A model generated the notes under the pieces. That model was not told the DNA's origin. It saw nothing but the letters and a program-made list of their open reading frames with translations, and ran no database searches. A DNA stretch of 63,504 nt, counting the filler, from Reticulomyxa filosa (taxonomy: Eukaryota > Protista > Foraminifera), in assembly GCA_000512085.1 (NCBI GenBank). It is 12 parts of 12 records of this genome, joined end to end, with 100 filler letters (N's around TTAATTAATTAA, not from the genome) between each part and the next. Parts side by side here need not be neighbours in the genome. Positions count along the whole stretch, not along the records: positions 9,924 to 31,763 come from ASPP01006087.1; 11 more parts are not named here. The stretch is one strand, 5' to 3'. Below are positions 9,945 through 22,736 of the stretch, in pieces. A program made the position numbers and the translations under genes. Positions within the stretch are counted from its first letter, which is position 1. Each line of letters starts with the position of its first letter.

Positions 9945-12109
9945 GTGAGCGACATTGAAGACTCTCAATTTGTAAAAAAAACGCTATCGTTAAAAAAGAA
10001 CAGCGATTGCATTCCTCAATTTGCACCCTTGCAAATTCAGGAATTCCGCTTTATTGCTAAATGTCCACATATGTGTGACGAAGTAAATATCATCGATTTC
10101 AGTGTCTCGGTGCAATTCTGGGGACGTCCTTCGTCTGGTGTGGTCGAGAAATTAATGAAGCATGCGAATGAAGCAAAGAAATACAAGCTTAGATTGCAAA
10201 AAATAGACAAAGAACATCCCCCCAATGCTGTAATGTTAAGTGTGGAAAGGGATTTTGTGTGTTTGGATATCTATAGACTTATATATGTATTTTTTTTTTT
10301 GGTGCCTTTTCTCTTTTCTCCCTTCTTCTACATTTGATCGCGTTTGACTGATTAGCTCTCCAATATTAAAGGGAGAATCCACAGCCGCTCCTTTGTTGTC
10401 CGTTTCGACTGTCAGGACAGTCCTTATTGATGAACAAGGTATATTAAAATTATATTGCTCATTGACACGTATACACAAACATATATGTATATAGTGGGGC
10501 AAAAAACAAGTAAAAATATAAAATGAACAATTGAAGAAAAAAAATGAGAGATAAATTGACATTTTGTTTGTTTTATTGCAATGAATCAGCTGTGTCCGTA
10601 AATATCGATGATAATTTGTTGAATGAAAAAGTCGCAGTCAATCGAAGAAGGGATGTATTGCTGATGGGAGTGAGTTCAGTTTTTTTTTGTTTTGTTTTGA
10701 ATTGACAAAAAAAAAAAAATTGGTTTTATCAAAGGGGAATCCTATCAGTACATTTTTTATCGATCTGTGCAAGCTTATCATCATCCTGCAGTGTTTAAAG
10801 ACGAAGAGAGGATCAAAAAAGAAGCACAAAAAATTCGCCAGTTTATTATAGCTGCTATGGCACAAATTGCGTATGCCCTTCGCGAGCAGCAGGAACCGAC
10901 TGTTGAGTAGAGCAGCCACTATTCATATATTATGTTCGTGTATTTTTTTGCTTATTTTGAAAAAAAAAAAAATGAGACAAACTAACATTCCCATTTTAAT
11001 TTGTCGCTCTATGTATGTAATCCATTGTTCCCTAGGATGCAGTCATAATTGAATCTTGCACATTGATAGCCGTTGTCTGCGAAGACAATGCTACTGTTGC
11101 TGGATGGACAATGGACCTCCCAACTCGAAGAAGTGAGATTCAGAAAAAAGTAGAAATTACTCCTAGTCAACTGAAAGAAGCATTCATCAAAATATGGAGC
11201 TGGAAACAGGTCATCGAGATGTGGGCTCACAGATATAAAAATTTGCCAGGTGTTAGTCCACATTTAGAACATTACATGAACAACATTGAGCGCATATTTC
11301 GAAAAAATTATCGTCCAACTCTAGAAGATTTAATTAAGTCTCCAAAAGACGGCAAGTCCACTCAAATAGAGGAGAAAGAGTTCACTTTCAATATTCTCAA
11401 CAATTCTTACAAGTTTGTTGATCTGAATCAAAAGAATTCAATCATTAACTTCAAGGATTTATTATCGTGGCAAGCGTATTATGACAAACCCATAGCATTG
11501 TTGTTCGTGGCGTCATTAGGGTCTTACTGTGAAGAGATAGACCAGAGAGAGTATGATGACATAATGAAAAATTATACCGGAAACAAAACTGCAAAAAAGT
11601 TGGGAATAACGTCTAATACCAACCACGTCTTTCATCGCAATGTTTTACATCAATCTCTCAATTTATTTGGCCAAATTCTGGATAACTGGTCCACGGAAAA
11701 GCCCAAATGTATCGTCTTGTTGACAGAAAAAGAATTGCTGGAGAAACGAGTTATTGGACAAAACATCTCATTTACGCAATTCTTTGGAGAAAACTGCCAA
11801 TGGGGAAGTAATCCTCAGAATTCACAGCCTTTCCGTATCAAAGACAGTGATGTCAACACAGCAAAAAATGAAATGGAAATGAAAGTTGATGAAAGTACAA
11901 CGTCTCAACCTCGCAAATTTGGTCAAAATGAGAAGCAATATATTAACCAGATTATTCAATTCATCAAAAAACAGTTTGATAACGAAAGAGTGAGTAGATC
12001 ATTTTCCAAACCCTTGTTCATCATTGAGAATAGTGACTGTGCCGACCCAAAACAAATGAAACAAGTGTGTCTTGAAATTGACAAGAAGTTGAATTTGTTG
12101 AATTTGTAA
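9945..12109 (+). CDS. Degenerate heterotrimeric G-protein alpha-like protein with N-terminal extension (5' truncated)
   Basis: Last exon (from ~11036) has the G-alpha pattern: IWS...IERIFRKNYRPTLEDLIKS, IEEKEFTF, YKFVDL, WQAYYD..ALLFVASLGSY, NVLHQSLNLFGQI. Upstream GT-AG exons supply a P-loop-equivalent VLLMGVRESYQYIF. Confidence 0.75.
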
Positions 12110-12400
12110 ATTGTACTTGTTGTGATTTGTTTGTGTATTTTTTTTAAGACGTTTGATTGTTTTGTTGAAGTGCGAAATTTTAAAATTGAAAGTCTCTTTC
12201 GCTGTTTCACTGTCGAATTTGCTGAAGTTTTTGTAGAAAAAATGGACAATACTTTTTTATTTTATGACATCAACCAATCTTATTTTGAACAAAGAGATGA
12301 CAAAAAAAAGTTGAATTGGTCGCATCCAATGCCATTTGAGTCGGTAACAAAGTTCCAACCAACAAAATATGACAATCTTTACAACTTTTCCTCTGTTTGC

Positions 12401-14207
12401 TTACGCTTCTTCATCGCCAATTTCTTCGTCATCATCATCCCCAATTTGTTCACTTAACACATCCAAGTAATCCTTTTCCAAAAATCCTAAGTCTTCACGG
12501 GCTTCTGCAAACTCTCCTTCTTCCATTCCTTCCCCAACGTACCTATCATTCATAAGAACAAAAACGTATTGACTTAGTGATTGGAAACAATTATATATTA
12601 CAAGCCAAGACAAATCATATACCAGTGGACAAATGCTCGTTGAGAATACAACAAATCATATTTACGCGAAATTCTCACTGAGAATACTCGGGATATACCA
12701 GTGTTGTTGGCGATCATCACTGTATTCATTGAGAATGCTCCAATATCGTCTTCTTCCAAAACAGCTGCTGGAATTTCGTTCAAGCCAATTTTAAAACCGG
12801 TTGGACACCATTCAACCAATGCAATTTTTCCTGACTTCTTCAACCACTGGACAGTGGCACTCGCATCTTTCGCGCGCACATTTCCACGATAATTTAAAGA
12901 CACTGCCATGTATTTGTCATGTTCTGGGTCAAAGTCGGTAAATTTGACAAACCAATGATGTGGTTTGAAGCAATCATCCGTTATTTTTTGTACGTCTGTG
13001 GATGCTGTCTCCACTGAGTTCTTTCCAACAATTGGACTCATTCCGGTTGTCATAAAGTGCAATCTGTTTATCAACATACAAATATCTGTTTACTTGGCTA
13101 TTTTGTTATTTCAAGAATTTTTTTTTTGTTTTTTCTCGATTTTTTTTTTTAAATCTATACATAAAATCGATGCGAATATCCGTGATAAAGATATATTAAT
13201 TATCTACAAAAAGCGACAAGCAAAAGAAAAATAAATAAATAAATAAATAAAACAACCAACCTTGGGAAAGGGACCAAGTTCGTTTGAAATTCGTTCAAGT
13301 CAACATTCAGTTCTCCTGCAAATCGCAAAGAGGCCGTCATTGAAGAAATGACTTTGCTGATCAATCGGTTTAAATTTTCGTAAGAAGGTCGTCGAATATG
13401 CAAGTGCTTTTGGCAGATTCCATAAATTGCCTCATTGTCCAACAACAACGATACGTCAGTGTGATCCAACAGCCAGTGTGTAGCCAACAAAGCGTTATAA
13501 GGTTCGACCACACTTGTGGACAGATTGGGGGATGGATAAATCTCAAAGCCAAGCTTTGCTTTTTTTTTGTAATCAATGACCAAGCGTTCCAAGATCAACG
13601 ACCCCAAACCTGATCCGGTGCCTCCCCCAACTATTTTTTGTGTATGTTTTTTTGAACTATTTTTTATTCTTTTTTTCTTTTCCCCCTCTCACATGTCCCC
13701 TTTTTTTTTTTACGACGTGTTGAATTTGTACTGTCCCCCCTTCTTCCTTCTTCTACCCTATGCTAAAAGAACTAAAATATATACATAAAACATACCCGAA
13801 TGTGCAATGACAAATCCTTGAATACTCTCGCAGCTATCCACTAATCGACGGATTCTGTCATTCACACGGTCAATGATCGTTTTGCCAACTGTATAATGAC
13901 CACGTGCAAAGTTATTTGCTGCGTCTTCCTTTCCGGCAATTAAAAATTCAGGGTGAAACATTGCTGCCATTTTTCCATTTTTTACATCATCGATCACATT
14001 GGGCTCCAAATCCACACTTACATTACGAGGCACAAACTGACCACTTCCAGTCTCTTCAAAAAAACATTGAAACGACGTGTCTTTTCCTTTGGTGTTGCGT
14101 TTCCCGTCATGTGTAATGTTATGTTCTGCACAGTATTGCTCCCAAATGGCCTGTCCCAATTGTATGCCAGCTTGTCCAACGCTCAACGTCAATACCTCAC
14201 GAACCAT
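12401..14207 (-). CDS. Divergent alpha-tubulin (Retaria/foraminiferan alpha2-type)
   Basis: Exons 14207-13796, 13630-13261, 13063-12623 and 12542-12401. Motifs [74 protein letters not shown]. Very divergent between these motifs. Confidence 0.93.
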
Positions 14208-14807
14208 GATTGTTAGCCTTTTTTTTCTAAGCAATAAGTAGAAAAGGGAGGAGTTTTCGGCTTGTCGTTTGTGATCGAGCACGCACACTTTTACTTTTAC
14301 TGGGGAATCTAAGCTTTAGAAAGAAAAAAGTATAACCTGTCTAGAATGTCAGAGAAATTTTGAATGTGGCTATTAGTGTCGGAGATATTCTTTATGTTAG
14401 GAAATAGAAAAAATATGTGCAGTTAATATCGATAACTACCAAGTTTATAACATTTATTCAAGTAAAAAGTAACCATTGTGCATTTTCAATTAATGTTACT
14501 TTCATTTCATCAACAGCAAAAATGTAAAAGAGGAGGAACAATGAAAAAAAACGAAATCATCATATATAAATGTTTTTATATTTTGCAATAGGAACACTAA
14601 CACTGTATTTCAGCAGGTCATTTGGTGAGCAAGACTTTGAAATCCAATTAAACGGGTAACTAAATAGATCCGCGTAGTAATCTGTTTTGCCCCTTAGTGT
14701 AGGTGCTTTTTAAAAAACATATTAAAAGCCGCATAAGAAAATCTCCGACCAACACTCAACAAGGCAATATTTGTTTAAGCAAATGAGTAACCAAACAAAA
14801 CAGGCAA

Positions 14808-15551
14808 GTGGTCGGGGTGCAAGTTGTCGATCACAGTGGGCAAATAATAGTGGATCGTGCATTAGGAATAGACGATTATGGTACACCATTTCCAGAGCAG
14901 CCAAATGTGCAATGCAGTTCACTTCAACAGGGCCGTTGTCCAATGTTATCAGCACCGCTACATTCTCCTTCATCAATCCTCGGTCTCTATCATTCGATCA
15001 GCACCGATAAAATAACGCAAATGACTGTCGAATTACAAAAAATCAACATATTGACAGATCGCTTGTTGCATCGTTATACCTTGTATCCGATCCCCGGCGG
15101 CGAATCGCATGAATTTGAGCAGCGTTGGCTGTTCCCAGAGCGCTGGACTAACTCTTTCCGTTCTGATGCAAGTGTTGCAAAAATCAATCCCTTACAGAAG
15201 TCCACTCTAAGTTCACAGCAAAAAAGTAGTGCTATGGCTTTCTTACAATTCCCATTGCGTATGCAACAACACCGACGACAAAATCACTTCTTCACGAGAG
15301 AACAGTCACAATCAACACAAACCCATACCGCCACAAACAATGATCATGACAAATCTTCCACTCATCCTTTGTTTGACATGGGACATCGCGCAAGTAGTGG
15401 TGGCGAAGGTATAACTCTCCCAACATTTGAAATCCATGATCACTTGGATGTTACCTCCCGTTACATACATTTTTTTTTTTTAATTGTGCATTATTGTCAT
15501 TTTTTTTTTTGGGTGATCAATTATTCCAATAGAAAAGAAAAACGTAAATGA
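14808..15551 (+). CDS. Hypothetical protein (exon boundaries uncertain)
   Basis: 247-codon open frame with coding-like composition, probably spliced to a short exon near 15530-15665. No recognisable motif. Confidence 0.5.
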   Translation: MVGVQVVDHSGQIIVDRALGIDDYGTPFPEQPNVQCSSLQQGRCPMLSAPLHSPSSILGLYHSISTDKITQMTVELQKINILTDRLLHRYTLYPIPGGESHEFEQRWLFPERWTNSFRSDASVAKINPLQKSTLSSQQKSSAMAFLQFPLRMQQHRRQNHFFTREQSQSTQTHTATNNDHDKSSTHPLFDMGHRASSGGEGITLPTFEIHDHLDVTSRYIHFFFLIVHYCHFFFWVINYSNRKEKRK

Positions 15552-16238
15552 GGAATCCTTACACCCCATTTATTCATTTTCGAGTACGTCGGCGACCACA
15601 ACGACCGAACATCAACAATCTGAATCGTCGATCCCAATTCATTGACACATCTTGACACTTCTGATAAAAAAGAAGGTGAAGATGATGCGGCATACTCATA
15701 GATTTATTTTTTTTTTTGCAACATTTAAAGCTGTAATATATCCTAACTGTGACATTTTTATTACAAAAATTTTGGCGTTTGGTTTTTTTTTTAAGCACAT
15801 AACTTTTCCAAAAAATGTTTCAAACTTTCAGTCGTTTTTGATGCGTTTCGAAACTCGACTACATTTGTGTTTTCACTACCTTCATTAAATAACTAACACT
15901 CAGGTTTTGTTCGGCCAATTGCCCACAAGCAAGAAAAAAGTACTTGACTTTTCAAAATAGAACATTAACAAGTTGTTTTTACGCTAATAAATCATACTTA
16001 TTAACATGTGTCTAGAGATTTTTTACTTTCAGGACATGCTCTCCTTCTTTGTAAGTAAGAAAGTAATGATAGTTGAAAAAACATGAAAGGATAATGTTTA
16101 ATTTAAAATGGACGAAAAAGACGTGAACGGAAATGAAATGTGACGAAGAAACTTTTTTTTTTATTTAGAAAAACAATTTTCCTTTTAAATAGTAATCCTT
16201 TACTCTTTTAGAGAAAATCTTTTGTTAAAACTGAAAGA

Positions 16239-17642
16239 ATGGAAGTGGAACTTGATTTGGGACCTAACTCTTCTGAAGAACTCGAATTGGCTTCCTGGTA
16301 TGAGCGCGGAAAGGCGTTATCTGATGTGAATCCAAATGAAGCAACAAAATGGTTTGAAAAGATATTATTGGAAAAAGATGATAAAAAAGTAGAAGAGAAT
16401 GCAGCAATAAAAGAGCGAGCAATATATGAATTGGTGGAGATTTATACAAAAGCAAAGTTAAAATATTATTATTATTATTTTTTAACTACTTAAAAAAAAA
16501 TTTATTTATAATAAATAATAAATAATATTTTATAGAAATATAGGAGCAATAAAAAAATTATTTATTGACGTAAAACCTTATTTTAATACAATAAGTAAAG
16601 CAAAAACAGGAAAAATAGTACGTAGCATAATAGAAAAAATGTCAAATATAGAAAATGCATTAGAAGCTCAAATTGAATTATGTCGAGATTGTATTGAATG
16701 GTGTGAACAAGAAAATCGTAATTTATTAAAACAACAAATTGAAACAAAATTAAGTGAATATTATTTAGAAAGTAAAAATATCAATTAGCATTACAATTAA
16801 TTGGAAAAGTTACAAAAGATGTTAAAAAGATTGATGATAAGCATTTATTAGTAGAAGTTCATTTAATTGAATCAAGAATACAACATGCTTTAAGAAATAT
16901 ACCAAAAGCAAAAGTTAATGTATATGTATATAATAATATATAAATATATATGTATATATATATTTTTTTAATTTTAAAAAGGCAGCATTAACAGCTTGTC
17001 GTGCTGCAGCAAATTCCATTTATATTGGTCCATTAATGCAAGCACAAGTCGATATGCAGGTTTATATACATATATATAAATTATATATATACATATATAT
17101 GTATATACATATATATAATTAATAAAAGGCTGGTCGACTTAGTAATGAAGAACGTGATTATAAAACTTCATTCTCTTATTTTTATGAAGCTTTTGAAGGA
17201 TTTGATGGATTAAAAGATTCTCGTGCTCCTTTAGCCTTAAAATATATGTTATTAAGTAAAATAATGAATGGAATGCCAGGAGATGTTACAGCATTAATAA
17301 CTGGAAAATTAGCATTAAAATATACTGGAAGAAGTATTGATGCAATGAAAGCTGTTGCTGATGCTTATAAACAAAGTTCACTTCAACGTTTTGAAGAAGT
17401 AGTTACTCGACAATATCGTCCTGAAATTGAAGAAGATATTGTTGTTAGTAGTAAATTACAAGAATTAAGTGATAAATTATTAGAACAAAATTTAAGTAGA
17501 TTATTAGAACCTTTTGATCGAGTTGAAATTTCACATATTGCAAAATTAATTGATTTACCTTTAGAACATGTTTTAAGAAAGTTTTGTTTTATAAATATAA
17601 ATATAAATATAAATATAAATATAAATATAAATATAAATATAA

Positions 17643-17673
<31 letters not shown>

Positions 17674-17962
17674 ATACATATACATATACATATAATTTAT
17701 ACATCATTTTTTAGATTATCTCAAATGATATTAGATGAAAAATTTAATGGTATTTTAGATCAAGGTTCTGGTGCTGTTATCGTATTTGATGATGAATCAG
17801 AGGATGTTAAGTATTTTTTCTTTTTTTTAATAAATAAATCATCATCTTTTTTCATTTAAATAAATACATAAATAGAAATCCTATCAACATGCAGCTGAAA
17901 CTGTTGAAGTTCTTAGCGAGGCTGTAGACAAATTATTTGATAAAACCAAAGATTTGGATTAA
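16239..17962 (+). CDS. PSMD11: 26S proteasome lid subunit RPN6/PSMD11 (PCI domain)
   Basis: Six exons (16239-16456, 16536-16913, 16982-17059, 17129-17580, 17715-17805, 17876-17962). Motifs [86 protein letters not shown]. One missing A at 16774-16778, probably a sequencing error. Confidence 0.95.
17591..17691. repeat. Compound hexanucleotide microsatellite (ATAAAT)n(ATACAT)n in an RPN6 intron
   Basis: Directly visible tandem repeat inside intron 17581-17714. Confidence 0.95.
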
Positions 17963-18628
17963 AGATAAACAAAGATGCCCCTGACACTATTTATCCAAAA
18001 AAACTTCTTCCCCATTTGCGCACCCTTTTTAAATTTTTTAGGGATGTCAATCGTCTTTTTATCGTTCACAGGATGGAACATTAAAAAACAAAAAGAACAA
18101 TGCCAAAACAACGGTTTTCATTTCTCATTTTTTCAATCTTGAAGAAAAAAATTTGTTCTTTTAATTGAAACGAAGAAAACAATGTTGTCGTATCTTTTTC
18201 AATGGAGTAATATACAATCCATCAAATTATTTTATTTATGCGCATAACAAACATTGCTCCTTATTGTTTGAAACAATAATTTTCCATTATTTCAGTCTTT
18301 TCTTGAGAAAAAAAAGTGGTTTTTGGTTCACACATAACACTCATGAGCCGAACTCAAAACATCACGTAATGTACTACTCTACCGACCTTGATGTGACTCG
18401 CTAAGAGAAACCACATATTAACGATATGCTCTGAAATTGAACACTTTTCTTTAATCTTTTTAAAAAATTATTTTAATGGAATGATGGTATATAGTTTTTT
18501 CTTGTTTTTGTTGTAAATTGCCTGTAAAAAAAAATGGATTTGGTTTATTATCTTAATAAAAAAATAATACAATGGATTACACAAAGAATTTTGTATTTTA
18601 AAAAATGCTATAATAATAAAGAAATCTT

Positions 18629-20663
18629 TTATCTTTGGAAAGGGGACATTGGATTATCCCATGGGTATCTATAATAAACAATAAATAATGCCAAACACAT
18701 TAAAGTATAACCAGTGATTACTCCAGCATAAACACCAGTTATTCCTTGATTTAATACAAATCCAAAAATGATGGACATAGGTAAACCAATAAACCAAATG
18801 GAAATGGTAACAACATATACCTTGAATTTTATATGTATGTATGAAGATATAAAATATGATGAACAAGAATATATTGTATTTAACTGCTTTGGTTTGAAGA
18901 GATAATCCACGTAAAATACCATTTCCAATACCTTGAATAGCATCAAGCATCATAAATGAAGCAACAAAAGGAGCTAAAGATTCAGTAATGACTAAAACTT
19001 TGGGATCGGAAGTAAATAATCGAGGAACCCATTTTTTAGCAATAATAATAGTGAGTGAAAGCCAAATAGTAGTAACAAAGGGTGTACACCATCCATAAAT
19101 AGCTGCACGTTTAGCCAGTTTATATTGTTGTCCTCCAATTAGATGTCCTAATCTTGTTGTTAATGCAATAGAAGCACCAAGTGGAATCATATATACTGAT
19201 TCTAATACTACACCATATAAACCTTGTGCAGCCAATGCATCATTCCCTAACAATCCAATTAATAATGTATTAACTTCAAATCCCCACCACTCAAAGCATT
19301 GAGTACCAATACCAGCTAAAGTTAATATTAGATATCCCTTCATTCCAGGATAGCGTTCTAAAACAAAAGATTTTTCCATTGATTCATCCAATGATTGTAT
19401 TGTTTTTGACTCTTTTTTTTCATTGTCATTATTTATTTCTTTTTCTTCATCATCATTATTATCATCATTATTATCATTATCATTATCATCATCATCTTCC
19501 TCTATTGATTTTGGAGAAGTCATGGCAATCATATCTGCTTCTGTATTCTCTAAATCCTTGTCCCAACGGAATATATATTTCCATGTCCAAACTTTTGTAA
19601 TTATTATTATTATTATTATTTTTTGTTATCATTTTAATATCTTATATAAATAAATAAATAAACATATATATATGTTGATAATATAAACATTACATTATGT
19701 GTTATCATTGCAGAGTTCTAAACGTTCAAAAGTTTGTGGGATATGAGGTTTGAATATGCTGGTGTAACAAATCAAAGAAGTAGTATATAAAACAGAGGAA
19801 ATGACATTACACCAAACAGCAGCCTTATATCCATATGTTGGAATTACTATGTAACATAAAATTGGATGAAATATACATAAAAATATGATTGATAACACCA
19901 CTTGACATTGTACTATGTTTTGTCCATTTAAAAAACGTTTTTGGATTTCAGTTAATGCTATTATTGGAAACAGTACGATATAACTGTATATATGTATACA
20001 TATATATCAATTTAATATAATTATATTGTATTTTAAAATTTAGAGAAAAAAATTTATAACATTTTACAAAAAATTCCAGCTTTTATGGACGCTTCTCTAG
20101 GTTGATGCATTGCTATTAGAATCGGTGTCATATAATTCCACAGAATAGCTACTCCGATCCATAAAGCAAGCATAACAATAAATCCTCGTTGTGTTGCTAA
20201 TGAATATAACGAATAATGTTTACATCCATATGCCTATACAAAATTTTTTTATTTTTTTATTTTTTTTATTTTTTTAAATCTTTTCCCTTGTATGAAAATT
20301 TCTACTCACATGTCCTACAATTGTTTCCATTGATGAAAGTGCACCTATTGCTACTATTACTCCTGTCACGTTAGTAATTAATGTACCGAGAGCAATACCC
20401 GCCAATTCATTTGTTCCCAAATATTGTCCAACAAAAATTACAGTAAAAGAACGATAGGACATGCTGATCAGAGATACTAGCATTGACGGAGCAGCGAGGT
20501 TCAACAAATGAGCAATTTCTTCTTTCCAAGTAATATTCAAGTTTTCTTCCTTCTTTTTTAAGACAGAGAGACTTCCAGTTGTTGAAGCATCTGTTTTCTC
20601 GGGGACATGATTTGATACTTGTTCTTCAAGGGAAGTGGATATGTTATTTTGCGTCGAGAGCAT
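18629..20663 (-). CDS. MATE-family (DTX/SLC47-like) efflux transporter, multi-exon
   Basis: EEIAHLLNLAAP, FVGQYLGTNELAGIALG..ITNVTG...GALSSMETIVG, CFEWWGFE, PLGASIALTTRLGHLIG, DAIQGIGNGILRG. Poly-Asp/Asn insertion in the central loop (~19410-19500). Confidence 0.92.
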
Positions 20664-21286
20664 TTTCAATAATAATTAGTTCTTACAAAAATTGAATATC
20701 CCTTTTAACGGAAAACTAGTAAGTTGTGTTTCCATCAAAGAAATATTTACATCTTTCATCTAATAGGATGTACTGGCAAACTTATGAAATTTCTGAAAAT
20801 CAAAATATATGAACATTGAGTAAGACCACATGGTAATATGAAAGGAACTTTTCCATACAAAAACATACTTAAAATTAAAAAATGCTGATCAAAATAATAT
20901 TATTTTAATATCCCCATAATATTATATATCCATCTAGTGATGATGTCAAAATTTTTTACCATCGGAGAAAAATCTGCTCCTGTTATACAATTAACCTTTG
21001 TAATTATATATTATTTTTCCAATCCCGCAATCGAGCATATTACCTCTACGAGCTGATACATTTGATAAGTTCAAATTGTTTTATTTTTTGCTTTTAAATT
21101 TCTGCAAGTTTATTTGAAAGTTCTAAACAATTTTTTAAGAAAGTTAATCATAAAAAAATGAAATTTATAGCCAAAAAAATTATATCCCCCCAATACTTTA
21201 GCATTTTGAGATGGTGGAGAGTAATGTCAATCACTTTCTCAAAATTTTTCTGTCAAAAGAGTTTTTTGTTCAATTCTTCAAAATAA

Positions 21287-22449
21287 TTAGGAGTGCAAGA
21301 TTTTTTTTTGTTTGCGTTGATAAGCTGATAACAAAGGAAAAGAGTAATTTTTCCAAGAAAATTGATAAAAAAGAGGAATAACATATTGATTAGTGTTGCG
21401 TCCTTTGTTGAGATGTGGAAAAGACATTCTTGGAATATCATTCTGTTTGCACCCCAAAAAAATTTGCAATACGCAACCATGGACGAGCTTCTAAATCCAA
21501 ATTTATAACAAGTAAATCCTTTAATCTATTTCTACTAGAAAAATATCGAATGACATTTTGATTATGAATTTCGTATCGTTTGGCAGTTGCCAGCATCCAT
21601 TCTTTTCCATACAAAGCTACATTTTCAATGAAAGTTTGTTCAAATATTTTGACACTTGAGCTAGTATTCCAAACTTCTCTACATTTATTAATTCCAAACA
21701 TTTTTTGATTATATTGACGACAACGCATTCCTACATCACTGTTTACTACTTTCCAAGTAGAATCACGTACTGTTAAAATATATTTACTATTGGGATACCA
21801 TTGATCAATAAGTGGATAAAGAAATAGCCAAGGAGCTATTTTTTATTTATTATTAGATGTTTATATGTTCAACAAGATAATAACTGCAATTATGTTTTCT
21901 TTCATTACCATCTCTAAACAAATAAGAATTAGCTGAAAAATTTTTTAGTAAAAATAGTAGTTTCGAGTTCTCCAAAAGGGGAGATGGATCATCATAAAAT
22001 GTAAAATACAAAGTATTTGGATCTTGGAGATATTCTGTTAGAGCATTGTAGTGACAAGAATGAAGTGTTTCTTGTTGATTCAATTTTTGAGAAGCACACG
22101 GATAACCAAGTCTTGTCACTGCCCTAGTTAAAGAAGTTGTTCCAGTTTTAAACATTCCAATTAGAAATAATTTTCCTTTGTACTTACATTTTATGTTTGA
22201 GTTTTGATCTACTTTTCCTTTATGTTTCATATGACCTGTCGGTTGTGAATCCGTCGAAGCAGGTATATTAAAAGGATGAAAAGGAGAAAACTGATTGTTC
22301 ATTTTTTGAAAATCTGCTAATGGAGAATTAAACTGCTGATTTGTGAATTCTACTAAATTATGATGGAGCACCCAATATGAAATAGCAAAAATGCTTGCAG
22401 TTGTCCATATTGTTTTCTGCAAAAATGTCCAAATTGATCGCTTTTTCAT
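21287..22449 (-). CDS. Membrane-anchored P-loop sulfotransferase (Sulfotransfer_4-like)
   Basis: N-terminal TM; LFLIGMFKTGTTSLTRAVTRLGY; after an intron, DAPW...YPNSKYILTVRD, YEIHNQNVIRYF, LLVINL, W..IANFLG...FPHLN. The last motif needs one T removed from the homopolymer at ~21456-21462. Confidence 0.85.
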
Positions 22450-22736
22450 TTTAGATGCATTTATTGTATTGACACAAAGCAGTTGATTTTTTCTTATAAC
22501 AACTGAGTATTGCCTGACGTAATTGTAATAAAATTTAAATATAGCTTTCATTTGTTTTTGATGATGTTTTGAAAAATTTAAAAAAAGAACGATGCAATAA
22601 TATGATCCTATGTTTTGTTTTCGTGATGGCTCTTTTTAAAACAAGTTTATTGATATACTTACAATATTTGTAAAACCATGTCTATTAACGTAACGACAAG
22701 TTTGTCAAAAAATAGAAAAAAGCAAGCATTTGAAGT

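Noticed and set aside
16770-16790. Programmed frameshift or pseudogenisation of RPN6
   Set aside because: A single missing A in an A5 run of an essential, otherwise intact gene; typical homopolymer sequencing error.
17383-17859. ORFs with INININ/YKYKYK/FIFIFI repeats
   Set aside because: Translations of an intronic microsatellite.
20937-21058. Possible C/D-box snoRNA (GTGATGA ... CTGA)
   Set aside because: No terminal stem or recognisable rRNA-complementary guide; such short boxes occur by chance.
21450-21465. Truncated sulfotransferase or programmed frameshift
   Set aside because: One extra base in a homopolymer; correction restores the FLG...FPHLN family ending.
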